A DNA stretch of 64,000 bases, from contig CM052817.1 in the NCBI GenBank assembly GCA_028534125.1, positions 41,294,001 through 41,358,000 on the forward strand. Direction: 5' to 3'. The translations under genes and the position numbers were made by a program. Positions 50,667-63,995 of this stretch are shown here, piece after piece (position 1 is the stretch's first letter; each line of letters starts with the position of its first letter). Source of the DNA: Lama glama. Its lineage: Eukaryota. The notes under the pieces are model-generated. The model was not told the DNA's origin and searched no databases. It saw nothing but the letters and a program-made list of their open reading frames with translations.

Positions 50667-51416
50667 TTAGTGACAATATAGTGTTCAGCATTCAAGTAAC
50701 TTTTTGATGTATTAAATATTTCTAATGAGGATAATTAAGTAAACAATATTAGATTTAAACAAAAAGGTGTCAATCCAGAAGAAAATAAAGAATAAATTGG
50801 GTTGTCATATTTCACATCTGAAGCTACAAGTGCCAAGTGTTTGAACTACTTTAGAGAGAGGCCTCTGGTATTTTCCATATCAGGTGACCTTCTGGAAATA
50901 ATCCGAGCCAGGATGACATCGCAGGATAGTGTACACTTGAGCACCTCACAGCATGTTAGGATTTCGGAAACAGATAAACCCTCCCATGGAGGGAAAGGGA
51001 CTGCCAAACCTGCGGGTTCATGTCTATCCCTTTGCTCGCAGGTCCTCCCCTTCCTGCTAAGGAAAGACATCGGCAGCGGGAGACTGAGGCTGCCCACAGG
51101 GCAGGGGACGCCCAGAGCGGATGTGAGGCTTGGTGCAGTTATAGCGGACAGTGGCCAGTCTTCTCACGCTTTGTCTCTCAGGAAGAGGGCTCCAGATGGG
51201 CCCAACGACCAGAAGCATTTCAACTGATCCTCGGCCCTGAGATTCTGTGGGTCCAGATACCACATCTGAGAAACAGTGAATGCAGGATTGCTCAGAAAAG
51301 TCTGAAGTCCTGTGCATTATGATCCTTCCTCGTACTGCAATCAGGAGTAGGTAGAGCGGGGACTTTCCCTTCTGTGCTTCCTCATCAGATGCCAGCATTC
51401 CATCTCTCTCTCTCTC

Positions 51417-51490
51417 TTTAATTGAAGTATAGTGGGTTTACAATATTTTGTTAGTTTCTGGTGTATAGCATAGTGATTCATATATATATA

Positions 51491-51535
<45 letters not shown>

Positions 51536-52189
51536 TTCTTTTTCATGACAAGTTACTACAAGCCATTGAATATACTTCCCTGTGCTATACAGTAGAACCT
51601 TGATGTTTATCTATTCTGTACATAGTAGTTTGTATCTGCCAGTCCCAAACTCCCAATTTATCCCTCTCCACCCTCTTCCCTCGCCATGGAGAAGTTTGTT
51701 TTCTATGTCTGTGAGTCTCTTTCTGTTTTGTAAATAAGTTCATTTGTGTCTTTTTTTTTTTTGGATTCTACATATAAGTGATACCATATGATATTTGTCT
51801 TTCTCTTACTGATTTACTTCACTTAGTAAGACAATCTTTAGGTCTATCCATGTTGCTTCTAATGACATTATTTCATTCCCTTTTATGGCTGAGTAATATT
51901 CCATTATATACATATACACACACACATGCACACACCACATACTCTTTATGTAGTCATCTGTCTATGGACATTTAGGTTGTTTCCAAGTCTTGGCTATTGT
52001 AAATAGTGCTGCTATGAACATTGGGGTTTATGTATCTTTTCCAATTAGAGTTTTCTCCAGATATACACCCAGGAGTGGGATTGCTGGATCAAATGGTAAC
52101 TCTATTTTTAGCTTTTTAAGGAACTCCCATCCTGTTCTCCATGGTGGCTGCACCAGTTTGCATTCCCACCAGCAGTGTAGGAGGGCTCC
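51417..52189 (-). mobile_element. 5'-truncated L1 (ORF2 C-terminus plus 3' UTR)
   Basis: ORF 52028-52225 [41 protein letters not shown]; 3' UTR with internal (TA)/(TG) microsatellite at ~51480-51530. Confidence 0.92.
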
Positions 52190-52191
52190 TG

Positions 52192-52245
52192 TTTTGAAAA
52201 AGGATCCTGGGCTTTCATTTTGCACAGGACCCTGTAAATTACATT
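52192..52245 (+). mobile_element. MER45-like hAT-Tip100 3' fragment
   Basis: ttttgaaaaaggatcctgggctttcattttgcacaggaccctgtaaattac resembles the MER45A 3' end (ttgaacaaggggccccgcattttcattttgcactgggccccgcaaattat). Confidence 0.55.
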
Positions 52246-53019
52246 GTCTTGTCTATGCACATGGCCACAAGCCGACCTGGCCCACTCCCATGGTTTCCCT
52301 GATACATTACTGTGGTCTGAGACCCCATGCAGAGGGGAGCCAGACCAGTGGGGCTGAGACTTCTGCTAGCTCTCTCCTTGCCAAAATGGGCACGACTGTT
52401 CCCATGGCTAGAGCAACTCAGTGACACCAGCTGAGGCTGCCATGGGGAAGCCAGGATTTGAGAGCATATTTAATAAGCTAATTTGAATGCAGATGTTGGA
52501 AGCTAGCACTGACTTAATTTTTCCTTCTCCCGGACAATGCTTAATGAAGAACAAGAGAAACAGAGAAGCAACCAGTGCCCATCCTCCGCCTCCCAATCTT
52601 GCAAACCTAAAGGAGACCCAAGCTGGGATGGTGGAGATTCACATTGAATGTGAGTTTGGAGTTATGCAGTTATTGCATAAGATTAACTGTTTTGTTACTT
52701 AATGGTGACTTATTACTTAATAGTAACCAGGAGAGCTGTGAGACCTGAACAGCGTTCATCCAGGGTGAAGAGAGAACAGGTTGAGAAAGTGGGTTCAAAG
52801 AGATAGTGGCTAAAAGAAAAAAAATGTGCTTTTTGCTCTATTGAATCCAGCTTATTTAATAAACTAGACACAAAAGCCTTATTCCTTTAAGGCCAGTAGG
52901 AGAATGAGCAAGTGAATCATGAGGACAGAACATTAAATCACAAGTCCTGCTCTTTGTGTTCGTGAGGCTGGCCCCGAGTTAATGCAGGCACTTATCTAGT
53001 CCTTATTAAAACACTACCT

Positions 53020-53240
53020 ACCAATTGTGAGGTGTTTACTATGTGCCAAGCAAAGTACTAAGCATATTTTATATATTATATAATTTCTACCTCACAATGA
53101 GGTCTTTTAATAAATGCATTACATAAATGAGAAAATAATGTGTTAGAAAGATTGAAGTCACTAAGTCATATTGTGGGTCAGTAAAGCAGGCAGCATTTGA
53201 AGGCAGCCCCATCTCATTCCAAAGTTCATGCTCTGAGCCA
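53020..53240 (-). mobile_element. MIR SINE
   Basis: gtttactatgtgccaagcaaagtactaagcat...cctcacaa...aaatgagaaaat...aagtcatattg...ccaaagttcatgctctgagccact. Confidence 0.65.
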
Positions 53241-54466
53241 CTAAACTTATTCTGTCCTTAATGGAGCTAAAAAATGAGTTACTCAGATTTTTTTTATCAT
53301 GCCTTTCTGGACAGTCTTTTTTGTAATACTCATAAATGGTAACCATCAAAGTAGCATCATTTTCAACTAAACAAAAGCAATGAAATGCCTTTCTCACCCC
53401 CTCTTTTCCTATTCTCTTGATCTTTCATATTTATACATATGAACTGTCAAACAAACAGAAATACCCAAATTGATTATTTACACTAAAATAAAAATTCAAC
53501 CATTCATACAGCTTTTATAAGCCCTGTTCTGCTAAAAACAAAAACAAAGCCAAACAAAAAAATCCAAGTCTTAACCTAGTTTCTTGTGTCTATCAAATTT
53601 CAGTTGATGAAGGAAACAATGAGAATCACTGTCATAGATTAAAAATTGATCAACAAGAAAGCAGACAGGACTGCCCAAGAGGAGAAGGCTGTCTGGGGCC
53701 AGAGCTGTCCTCAGAGTTCAGTGAAGCAACATCAACGGGAAGGGCACAGAATCAGGATCTCAGATTGGCAAGAGCCCATGAAGATAAGAGGGCAGACACA
53801 GCTGTACAGAGTTCTATCAAGCTTGGTTTAGATCAGGAATAAGATGGGAAAGGAGAAATGCTTGCAATTGCTGGAACCTGAAAGAACAGTAGGAAATAGG
53901 CTGGCTGCTAATCAGAATAAACAAAGGCTTATGAGACGGCTCTCCAGTCCTGGTTCAAGTGCTTACGCATCCCAACAGAGATATTTGAAGGACACTATTC
54001 CCACCCCTGGACTGGGGTTGGAAGAAAGGCTTCAGACTCCTGGGAAAGGGAGAGACCAGGCTCGCCTTCCCAGAACCATAGATGACAGGGACAGTAAGGG
54101 GACTGTCCCCTACCTTAGAAGAACCTTGATCTGGCCCTTTGTTGATTCTCCCACAGACTTCAGGTCATCCGGGCCAGGGAAGGCAGCACCTGCAGAACAC
54201 AGAATCCTGCTCTGGATGAATCTCAAGATAATGGAATTTTTCTGCTATAGCTAACTTCTCTCCTTTTTAAAACTGTGGGCAACATTTCCGAATCTCCAGA
54301 CCCTTCATATCTTTTCTGTCTTTCCCTAAAAGACCACCGGCTTTCCTGTAGCTGTTCCACACTCTGTTTAAGCAGGATATAATGCATGGGGGCCGAGTGG
54401 ACTTGCCCAGCCATTTACAATCTCCTCTCCTGTTTTGGATTTTGCTCTAAAAATCATCACTTTCAT

Positions 54467-55045
54467 TGAGAGAGGTGGGAGGCGAGCAGGACACAGCCAT
54501 TAAAGGAATGACACAGCAATTAGCACCAAGATGGCAGAAAATTCAAATCCCAGTAGACGCTGAGGCCCAGGATGGTGGGAGATTCAACTTCCAGTGGACC
54601 TTGAGCTTCGTTATACACATTGTGGTGTGCTAGCACGGTGCATGACACACCCACAGGCGCCATGACAGTTCTGAAGCTAACCCTGAAAGGTCGAAGAGAG
54701 GGCAGTGGCCCATTTCCTGGGAATCCCTGTCCCTCCCCCAAAGCAGTTGGAACAATCCTCTCACTTGTTAGCATATAAAACTAACAACACTGCATCTCAT
54801 GGTCGCTCTCTGTCTCTTGCCTTCTGAGACGGCCCACACTCTGTCTCTGGAATGTGTATCTATCTTTACTTCCCACCTCCAAACATCTTTCTAAGTAAAT
54901 CTACTTTTATTCAACTATGGCTCACTCTTGAATTCTTTCCTGCGTGAAGCCAAGGACCCTCACTTATTGGGGCACATCCCAGGGACTCAGCCAAGACCTG
55001 GGACACGGCCATTCTCTCGCGCACCGCCTCCTTTTTCCTGTATCA
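54467..55045 (+). mobile_element. Solo LTR, ERV1-class (MER41-like)
   Basis: Imperfect inverted termini TGAGAGAGG...CCTGTATCA; TATA-like gcatataaaac; U5-like ctcactcttgaattctttcctgcgtgaagccaaggaccc; no clear TSD. Confidence 0.75.
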
Positions 55046-56389
55046 GATAGAGAAATATAAGTGGAAAGGGCATTTAGCAGTCATTCATTATATTATCCAT
55101 CCCCAAGGACTTGACCTATGTTTTCCTTACTCTTCTTCCTTCTGAAGTTTAACGTTTTCCTGCCTCTTAACATCTTGTATGCAACTGTCTAGGGCTACGC
55201 CCCCACTGCCTGACTCCCCACCCCACCCCCACCCCCAGGGGCAGTGAGGGCTTCTGCAAGTCTGAGTGTGGGCAATGTCTCTTCATACTCATCTTGAAAG
55301 AAGTTTCTTTTGGGAAACAAGAAGGTAGGGAGGGAACAAAGTGGAGAGTTGAAGGACGAGACCCCCTTGGCCCAGGTCCCGACACCAGCCCCTTCCCCAC
55401 ACCCACCTCTGCCTCTGTCGTGTCCGAGCTTTCTCCCCACCATCGGCAGTTAGACACATCCTGTGGTGACTCAGTCATGGATGAAAGACTGAAATCCACT
55501 GGGGAAAGGAGATTTGTGAAAATCAATGTAGAGTGTGTGAAAGTACAAGTTATCTGACTACCAAATACATAAAGATCAAAACTTATTTGAACACAGAGGA
55601 AAATCCCCCAAGAACACACCTGGGAAAAGCAAATTCAACCTAACGTCCAGCTGGAAGTTGCCACTTGTCCCGGGTCTTCCCTGTTCTTATTTTATTAACC
55701 TGGGCATAATAATGCTCATATTTCACATGTTTGAAAAAGCTGTTGGAGCTCATTTCTCAATATCATTAGTGGGGTTTGAAGGCATTTATTGATTTATGGA
55801 TTCATTAATTTTGTGGCCGTGAAGTGATATTTTTACAGCATTATTGTGTTCTTCCTGGTGTAACACCTTCTAAGCAATGTGTTTACATTTAGAGATTGTC
55901 TTTCCCAGGGACCTCAGAGCATGAACAGTGGAGTAAAGTGAAGGGGAAAAGCGTGTTGATACGAATTTTATCAGCCGAGTTCTACGCCCTGATTGGTCCA
56001 CAGACAGCTATGTGATCTTGGATCAGTCAAATAATCTGTCTGGGTTTCTGTATCCTTACTTGCACAATAAGAGGATTCAACTATGATCTATGGTTCTTTA
56101 ACTACAGTCATTTCATTGCAATGCTTATGTCCTTGTGATCCTAATTACACATACACCCTGACACATGAATTCACAAAGCTCATGTTTTATGGCACTGGCT
56201 GTAAGTGATTACAGAGTCTTCTCACTCGAGCCCAGTCTTTCCCGTGCCTCTTTCCCCTTGCAGGGATGCCTATGGTGTTTACATTATTGCTGCCGAATTT
56301 ATAAGGTTACAGATGATTTAAAATAATTCACATCCTGATGTTTATATTATGCTTACATCATCGACTCCCAAGCTCTTTAACGGATATCT

Positions 56390-56910
56390 ATGCACAAAAA
56401 GAGTTAACGTAGCAGGTCTGACTCCTGTCTTACGAATGGCTCGGCTGGCATCTGGGCACTTATATTTGGGGAAAGTTCATCTTATCCTAACTGATAAGGG
56501 TGGCTCACTGTTTCTAAGCTGTTTATACAAACAGTTTGGTTTATGCCCAACACCTGCTTTCTTCTGGAAGTCTAGGATTTTGGTGGGAGCGAGGCAGAGG
56601 ATGCCTACGTGCCCACCCCCCATAGAACTCCTGGACCCTGAGCCTCTAGTGAGCTTTCTTGGTAGAGGGCATCTCACACGTGCTGTCGCAGCTTGTTGCT
56701 GTATGACTCCACGGAGAGAGGACTCTTGAAAGCCTGCTCCTGGTTTCCTCCAGACTCTGCTTCATGGGCCTTTTTCCTTCATTGCTTTTGCTTGGTATCT
56801 TTTAGCTGCAATAATTATACCCATAGGTATTTCTATGTGCTAATCCCGTGAGTGCTCCTAGGGAATTATCCAACCTGAGGATGGATGGTCTTGGTAATCC
56901 TCAACCCTGT
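56390..56910 (+). mobile_element. Solo LTR, MER21-family
   Basis: aaaagagttaacgtagcagg...tgataagggtggctcactg...ggcagaggatgcctacgtg...gactccacggagagaggactcttgaaagcctg...aacctgagg...gtcttgg. Confidence 0.8.
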
Positions 56911-57204
56911 ATCCTTGAAATATTTCCTTTTTCCCTGTATCTTTTCAGGGCCTAGTTCATTTCAGAGACGTTTCTGGTAGGAACAGTTCTATGTTATATA
57001 TAGATTTCCAGCCCTGTATAGACTAAATTTAGAGTGGGGTAGCTGTGTTACGTGACCTAGGATGTAAAAATACTGTTGCTTTTTTACCCAAGTGTTCTCA
57101 TGAGCATAAAAACTACTTTTGTAGTTTTCAAACTTAATTTTTCTTTTTTTCCCCAATTCAACAGAGATTTATTGCGCCTCATGTATGTACAGGCATGTGG
57201 TTTA

Positions 57205-57435
57205 TTAAGGACTTACTGTAACGTTGGGTGTTGTTTCAAGAACATCCCTCATTAATTCTGAGAACAATCCTCTAAGATAGATGCCACTATTAGCAGCCTC
57301 ATCTTATAGATGATGTAAATGAGGCCCAGAGAGGCTAAGTGATGTGGCCAAGATCTTACAGCTGGGAACCGGCGGAGCCAAGAAGGGAACCTGGCAGGGT
57401 GACTTTGAAGTCCCTGGTCTTAACCGTTATGCTGT
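57205..57435 (-). mobile_element. MIR SINE
   Basis: cctcattaattctgagaacaatcct...catcttatagatgatgtaaatgaggcccagagaggctaagtgatgtggccaagatcttacagct. Confidence 0.75.
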
Positions 57436-57963
57436 GTCTCCTCACGTGTTAAAGTATCAGCCTGGCCTCGGTGTCGTTAGGAGCTGGCTTGGTCTATCAG
57501 CTGCACCTTGATTTCTCCCTTAGGTTATATATTTTTCTTGTACTATCACAGTTTCTGTAATGGCAATTCTTTTAAAGTGATATGAAGCCATGAAGACAGC
57601 GAGTTTTCGAGCAGCTTTAGGAAGGATGGACCTGAAAAAGAGAGGCCAGTTCTGACCTTGCTTTCTATCATTCCTATTACTCACCTGAATTCTTCCCAGC
57701 AAGAAAAAGGAAGAACACTTAGAATAGAAATAGAGTCGTGTCGAGAGAGAGACCAGCAGCCACTGATATGGAGACCCTCAGAAAAAGTTTCCGTGATCAC
57801 TTGAGAGGCAGCCGGCCAAGAGCTTCCAAAGACCAGGCAGCTGTCTTCGGCCTTCATGGAGGCCGGACGCACTGAGGGCAGCCTTCATCTGAACAGGAAC
57901 ATTGCAAACTAATTGTCCTTTTTAAGGAATACTTTTTTAAAAAAGTCAGTCTTTTAAACTTGC

Positions 57964-58101
57964 TTTTTTAAAAATTTTTTGTGGGGGAGGTAATTAAGTT
58001 TTTATTTATTGTTTATTTATTTTAATGGCGGTAATGAGGATTGAACCCAGGACCTTGTGTATGCTAAGCACTCACTCTACCACTGAGCTGTATCTTTCCT
58101 C
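57964..58101 (-). mobile_element. tRNA-Ala-derived camelid SINE (Vic-1 type)
   Basis: gggggaggtaattaagttt...gaggattgaacccaggaccttgtgtatgctaagcactcactctaccactgagctgtatc; flanks aaacttgctttt / aaacttaatttt. Confidence 0.85.
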
Positions 58102-59749
58102 AAACTTAATTTTCCAGTCATGGAACCATTGGCATATAGAAAGACCTTAAGGGAAAGCCAGTGTGTATAACATTTCAAAGGAAGGATGCTCTGGTTGGGG
58201 AAGGTCTTCCAGCCTTGCTTTCTCATCCTCCTTCCCCCTTTTTCACATCAAGCTGGGAAATGTGACATGGAGGTTACTCTTTTCTTTTTATAATATATAC
58301 CACAACCATGAGTGCCCCACTAGTTACTTCCTAACAGAGGGAGGGAGCTAGCTGATACAGTAATGGTGTTATTTACCAGTGAACTCGTAAGTGGAATGAC
58401 AGAATTAAGTTATGACCATCTTGCTAATCTCTTTAACCAAAAAGCAAAACCTGAGCACTGGGGGAGACATGGATATCATCACTAAAGGCACTGCTGAAGT
58501 CATACTTCTGTACCTGCCAGTTTTCCCTAGTAGATCAAAAAGTAGAGAACTAATTATTTCTAAACCATGTATTCTGAACACACTATGTATTATTTCATTT
58601 AATTTTTGGAAAACCATTAGAGGTACTTTTTCTTCATTTTACAGACCAGGAAGCAAAGTTTCACATTTTTGCAGAGTTGGGATGTGACTCTACCCCTGAC
58701 TCTTTTTGCTATAGCACATTGCATCCCTAGGCTGTCTATTATGTGGCCCAACAGCCAAGCTTACTAACCTCATGCTCTGGGTTCCTTTCTTTTACAGCTG
58801 CTGGAGTCCTTTTATTGAAATGAAGAGTGGCTGCAAGGTCCTCCTTCTGCATGGCCTGTGAAATTTAGACAGGGAGATTAGGGGAGAGCCGTGTGGCCAT
58901 CCCGCTCGGAGAGGCAGCGTTGACATCTCGATGAGCATGTAGCCAGAAATACCCTCAATGGTCCAGAGGTCATTGCTAGACTGAGCACACAGGAAATGTT
59001 CTTTAATTACCACTGGCCACAGCGATCTGAAAGATATTTTGCTGTCTGTGACTGTTTCCTGGCTAGCCTGATGCTTTGTTCCTGATAGCTGCTTGTCAGC
59101 CTGAGTTGCCTAATTGTCTCCAGTTTTTCTGTGTTTCTTGAAGTTGTGCTTCAGTGAATCCGGAAAGCATTTCCTCTTCCTTTCTGGCTTGTGATTATCC
59201 CACTTCAGCTTGCCATACAACAGCTGTCTGGGATCCAGCTGTCACCCTCCAATGCATATGAGCAGTCCAGTAGAACGACATTACTCTGGATCCTGGCTTC
59301 CCCCCAAGACTGTGGGAGGACATCACTCCCCACAGAGGATGGGGGATTGTAGCATGAAGGAAGTTAGGACAAAGCTCATAGTTGTAAACACCAATCTATC
59401 AACAAGGTGTAGTCCCAACAGACGGTACAGATTTGAGCAGGGGAGATAATATGCACCCTTATTTTTATTCATTCCCTCCCCTGAGGCTTAAAGACCACAG
59501 TGAGATACGGTACACTTCTCAGCACTGGCTATGGAGTATGGTGAGAATAAGGGAATTCAGCTCCAGGTGGAAGGTGGAATTCAGCTCTAGGAAACCATGG
59601 CACGAAGGATGGAATTGTAGGCAACAGAAAAAAGTACATCACTCATTACCAAAGACCAAGACCAAGAGCAAAATGGACTCAGTCTGGGTTCAGACTGGGC
59701 TCAGGGAGGTCTGTGGAAAGATTACTAAAAGGATTACAAATTTAGTTAC

Positions 59750-59930
59750 TATTGTACATTTTAATCCTTAAAATTTAAGAAGTATGTATCATCAATTCTA
59801 TTTTACAAATGAGAACGTCAGAGCTCTGAGGGCTTAAGACATTTCCCAAAGCAATATCATTAGTACATGGTAGAGCCAGGATATGAACCTGGTTCGGCTG
59901 AGGTGAAAGCCAGTGCCAGTCAACTAAGCC
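59750..59930 (-). mobile_element. MIR SINE
   Basis: ttttaatcctt...ctattttacaaatgagaacg...ttagtacatggtagagccaggatatgaacctgg. Confidence 0.65.
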
Positions 59931-61179
59931 ACACTGTGATCAAAACCAAGGCGGCAGTGTCAAGGTGAAATGCCAAAACTGCACTTTCTATCTCCTTCCA
60001 GAAATGAGTTCTCCTTCCCTATCTTGGTTAATGGCACCATTAAGAGCTTGCCCAGTCTGAAACCAAGGATTCTTCTTGATACCTGGTTCTCCCCTCACTT
60101 TTCATGACTCAACTCATCTGTCTCCTCCTTAACCTCTTCCAGGGTCAGCATTTCCTCTGCTATGCGCCCATCCCACCCTTAGCATCTTGTCACATAGTAT
60201 GTGTGTGTCTTCCTCCTCCATTATACCCGGGCATCTCCAGAGGTTTGGGACTGCCCAGTGCTCAGCAAATGCCTGTCACATAGCTGGTACTTTAAATTAA
60301 AAATCTACAGAATGGATAAAAACCAGAATATCAAGGAAAAATAATATTTTTTCCCTTTAGCACTAACTGGTAGAGAATTTTTTCACCTAAGAGTGTTCAA
60401 TATTGTAGTGGATATTCTCTTTGGTGTTAGTTTTAGAAGATGTGCAGGAGGCAAATGACAGTTGCACAATATGTTTATGGTTTTGATAATTACTAATTAA
60501 GCATTTTGGATGGACATAAACCACCAGATGTTATTAAAGAAAATGGCTTCTCCAAGATACTTCAGGCTTGAATGACCTCTTCATCAAACATTCAGTTATA
60601 GAAAGCCATTTTAGACATTAAAACAGAATTGATAGGATTCATACTGAACATCCTTTAGACATGGCATTCATTCATTCATTAATTCGCTTCCCCGACATAG
60701 ACACTGGATAAACGTGCATTCTGACTCCTTTCCCTTCATTTGAACGTGGGAAATGAAGCTTAGCAGAAGTCAACTGGCAAGTTTAGGGCTAACTGTGTGG
60801 TTGATCAGCTCACTGTATGTGAGTCCCATGACATTGTTACTACTTGTTTCACAAGCCTGGGGAATAACTATAGCCATATCTCTCACATTTTTCCATTCTC
60901 TTGAGAAGACCTTTTCTTATTAACAGGAAGTCCAGAATCACTCTCTTAATGCTTTCTCTACCCTACTAAATTGCTCAACAACCTTGAGGGTTTAATTAAA
61001 TTGGGGAGGGAAGCTGGGATTAATATGCTTCCAAATGCCAGGTACAAAGAAAACTGGAACAGTGAATCAGTCCATGGGCTCCATTGCTTTCGGCCACTGC
61101 AGTCTGGCATCAGGTGGTTGAGGAATGGCTTGACGTCTATCCAAAACTCATTGGTGCCCTTTGCTTAGAATTCTAGGCT

Positions 61180-61546
61180 GTTGATAGACACTTAGGTTGC
61201 TTCCATGTCTTGGCTATTATATATAGTGTTGCTATCTACAAAAGAAACAGACTTGTAGACATAGTAAAAACAATCATGGTTTCTGGGGAAAGAGGGTGGG
61301 AAGGGATAAATTTGAGAGTCTGAGATTTGCAAATGTTAACCACTGTATATGAAAATAGGCAAAAAACCAAATTTCTTCTGTATGGTGCAGGGAACCATAT
61401 TCAGTACCTTATAATAATCTTTAATGAAAAATAATATGGAAACGAATATATGTATATATATGCATGACTGCGACATTATGCTTTACACCAGAAATTGACA
61501 CACTGTAACTGACTATACTTCAATTTAAAAAAAGAAAGAAAGAAAA
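61180..61546 (+). mobile_element. Short L1 with 5' inversion (twin priming)
   Basis: 61180-61234 is antisense ORF2 sequence; 61235-61546 is sense 3' UTR plus A-tail; TSD agaat(t/c)cta(g/a)gct at 61167-61179 and 61547-61559. Confidence 0.85.
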
Positions 61547-62029
61547 AGAATCCTAAGCTTATGCTGTTTTCAGTTTATACCCACATGGCCAGTGGTTGTT
61601 ACCCAAAGCACAGCCACTGGGCTAAGCCATAGAGTGATTTCTGGCTTCAGTTATCCCTGTGTTGGAACTGGTCCTCCCCAGCGATTCCCAAGACCTTGTG
61701 CTGAATGAAGATCATCAAAACTGACTTCCCTTGAACAACATGCAGCCTTCAATGATCTCTGCTGCCAGTAAACCCTAGTCAAATCCCACCTGGCCCACCG
61801 GTTTCTCTAACTTACACTCTTTGGTAACCACGAGTTCAGTCTTCCTCCCTCCTCGCCTCCAAATCCTTGGGCTCAATATGCAAATAAATACTGCCTTTTC
61901 TTCAGAAGTCAGTTCTGCTTTTCAGAATATTTTGAGAAGGAGCTTGGCTTTTTCTCTTCTCCCAGAGGAGTGGGTTTTTCAATGAGAAGGTCAACTCCAG
62001 TGCTATAAATAAATATAACATGTATTTTA

Positions 62030-62160
62030 TAATATATATATATATAATATTTATTTCAAAATCATTCTGTTTTCCTCTTTTGTCCCTGTCTTTATCTATC
62101 TATCTATCTATCATTTATTTTATATATATATACATACATACATATACATATATATATATG
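62030..62160. repeat. Compound (TA)/(TCTA)/(TACA) microsatellites
   Basis: tatatatata, tatctatctatctatcta and tacatacatacata runs. Confidence 0.85.
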
Positions 62161-63839
62161 AATGTCTTGCAAATAATTCCCCACTACTCAAGGGGAAATA
62201 GATCACAAGATTCATCCATTAACAACACTGCTCTTTGGCACAGATTCGAAGACCACTATTACTGGCCACAGAAAGAAGGTGCCAGGGCCTGAGGCTAGAT
62301 TGAACCATGCTCCTGTAATTGCTGGAGAAATCTACCAAACTGATTAAACTACAGGTCTACTATCAATAGCTGAGCATACATGAGAAGAAGATTTGTATGT
62401 GGTAAGAACTATACTTTTCCTCAACCAGTTATTATTTGTCGTATGGAAGCTATGACTGTAACATTTGATTGTATTCTTCTTGGCTTGAAAATTCAGAACT
62501 AACTGAATGGAACTTTGTAGTATGCGTGTATTTATTCTAATATTCTCCCTGATTTATCAAAAATAGTTTCCCTATGCTGACAAATTAACTCTGTTCTCTT
62601 TATTCTATTGAGTGAATACATTTCCTTAAAACATCTTTAAATCGTTAAATGTAATTGGATAGAGATTATGTTAAAAAAAACTGAGGATAGATTTGTATTA
62701 TCTTTTCCGTATGCAATGGCTGTTTTTAGTACTGTCTAGATCAGATACTTTTCAGAAAAATAATTAGTATGATTTACATCCTATGCCAATTCTTAGTGTA
62801 TAATATAATAATATACCTAATGGACAGAATCCCACTGACAAGATAACAAACCTTATTTACATCTCTAAGGGAAGTAGAGAAGGCCATTTGGACTTAAACA
62901 CAGAGATTTGTTTTGCACCCACTAAAGAATGTATTTTTAGGCTGTTTAAAATATGCACTCATCAGAAGATGACACTAGATATATAATAAAGGTCATTTGC
63001 TTAAGCATTTCCTAGAATTGGTCATGAAGTCATCTCCCTGTACAGACAAAATTAAAAACCATTTAACTTCTAGAATTCATCTCTCACAGGCTATATTTGA
63101 AACCTATCTTGGGCTATTAATTGAGATGTTCATTAACTAGTTGAAGGCATAAAATACCCTGGGTAATCTATCTGCTACCACTCAAGTAATGTTAAATAAA
63201 GAATTGAGAAGTTGCCCATAAAATTCATTTTCCCTCTCAATCCAAATACTAAAGCCTGGTTAGCTCACTTCACTAGAACATGGTTCATTTAATGTCAAAG
63301 CTAGGCTCAGTGACTTCAATGGCCAGATAACTGTATGGAAAGGAGTAGCCACAGGCTGTAAGCACAGAGCCAACAATCTCCCAAGTATGTGCCCAGGACT
63401 GGAAGAGACAAAGTACGAGCAAGGCAGGCTCAGAGCTCACTTGGATGCCCATGTTAGCCGGACCATATTTGAAGGACAGAATATTCCCTGTGCTCATCAT
63501 TTAAATGCACATCCAAGAACCAGAGTACCTAGCCTACAAGCACAGTGCTAGGAACTTACATACATTATCTTACTCATTTATGAACTCAGAGCTGAACTAG
63601 GAAAACAACCAGAGGCCAGGATGGTAAGAACAGTTCAGACTCTAGGAATTATTATAGCTTCTTCATGTGCTTATTGGATTTCTTGTTACCTTTGTGGTAG
63701 CCTCAATTCCCTTAAAATGATAAGATCTTTTTTTATAGGAGCACAAGAAAATTTTGGAAGCTTTGTGGAGAGCAGAGTTCAGGGTTAGAGAAGATAGTAG
63801 CAGCAACAAGAAGTTGAAAAACAAGAGGGTCCGTGAGGC

Positions 63840-63995
63840 AGTGGTGTGCTGGTAAGTGCTTTAAAAATGGCTGCGGGGGTGGTACCTCAGTTTGGGATGT
63901 TTGCTGGTTTGCCGATGCCCCTGGTGTAAATTTTCTCCCTACTGCCAATTTCAATACATCTACACAATGTCATTGAACATGGAAGAGATGTATAC
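63840..63995 (+). mobile_element. MER63-like hAT-Blackjack element
   Basis: cagtggtgtgctggtaagtgcttt...tggtgtaaattttctccctactgccaatttcaa...tgtcattgaacatgga. Confidence 0.7.

Noticed and set aside
26110..58101. Five tRNA-Ala-like sequences as tRNA genes
   Set aside because: They have acceptor-stem mismatches, SINE-type A-rich tails and, in several cases, TSDs; they are SINEs.
59552..59591. Direct repeat ggaattcagctc(c/t)agg twice (and tcagttaatttat twice at 21484-21510)
   Set aside because: Only two copies each; ordinary micro-duplications, not an array or CRISPR-like structure.
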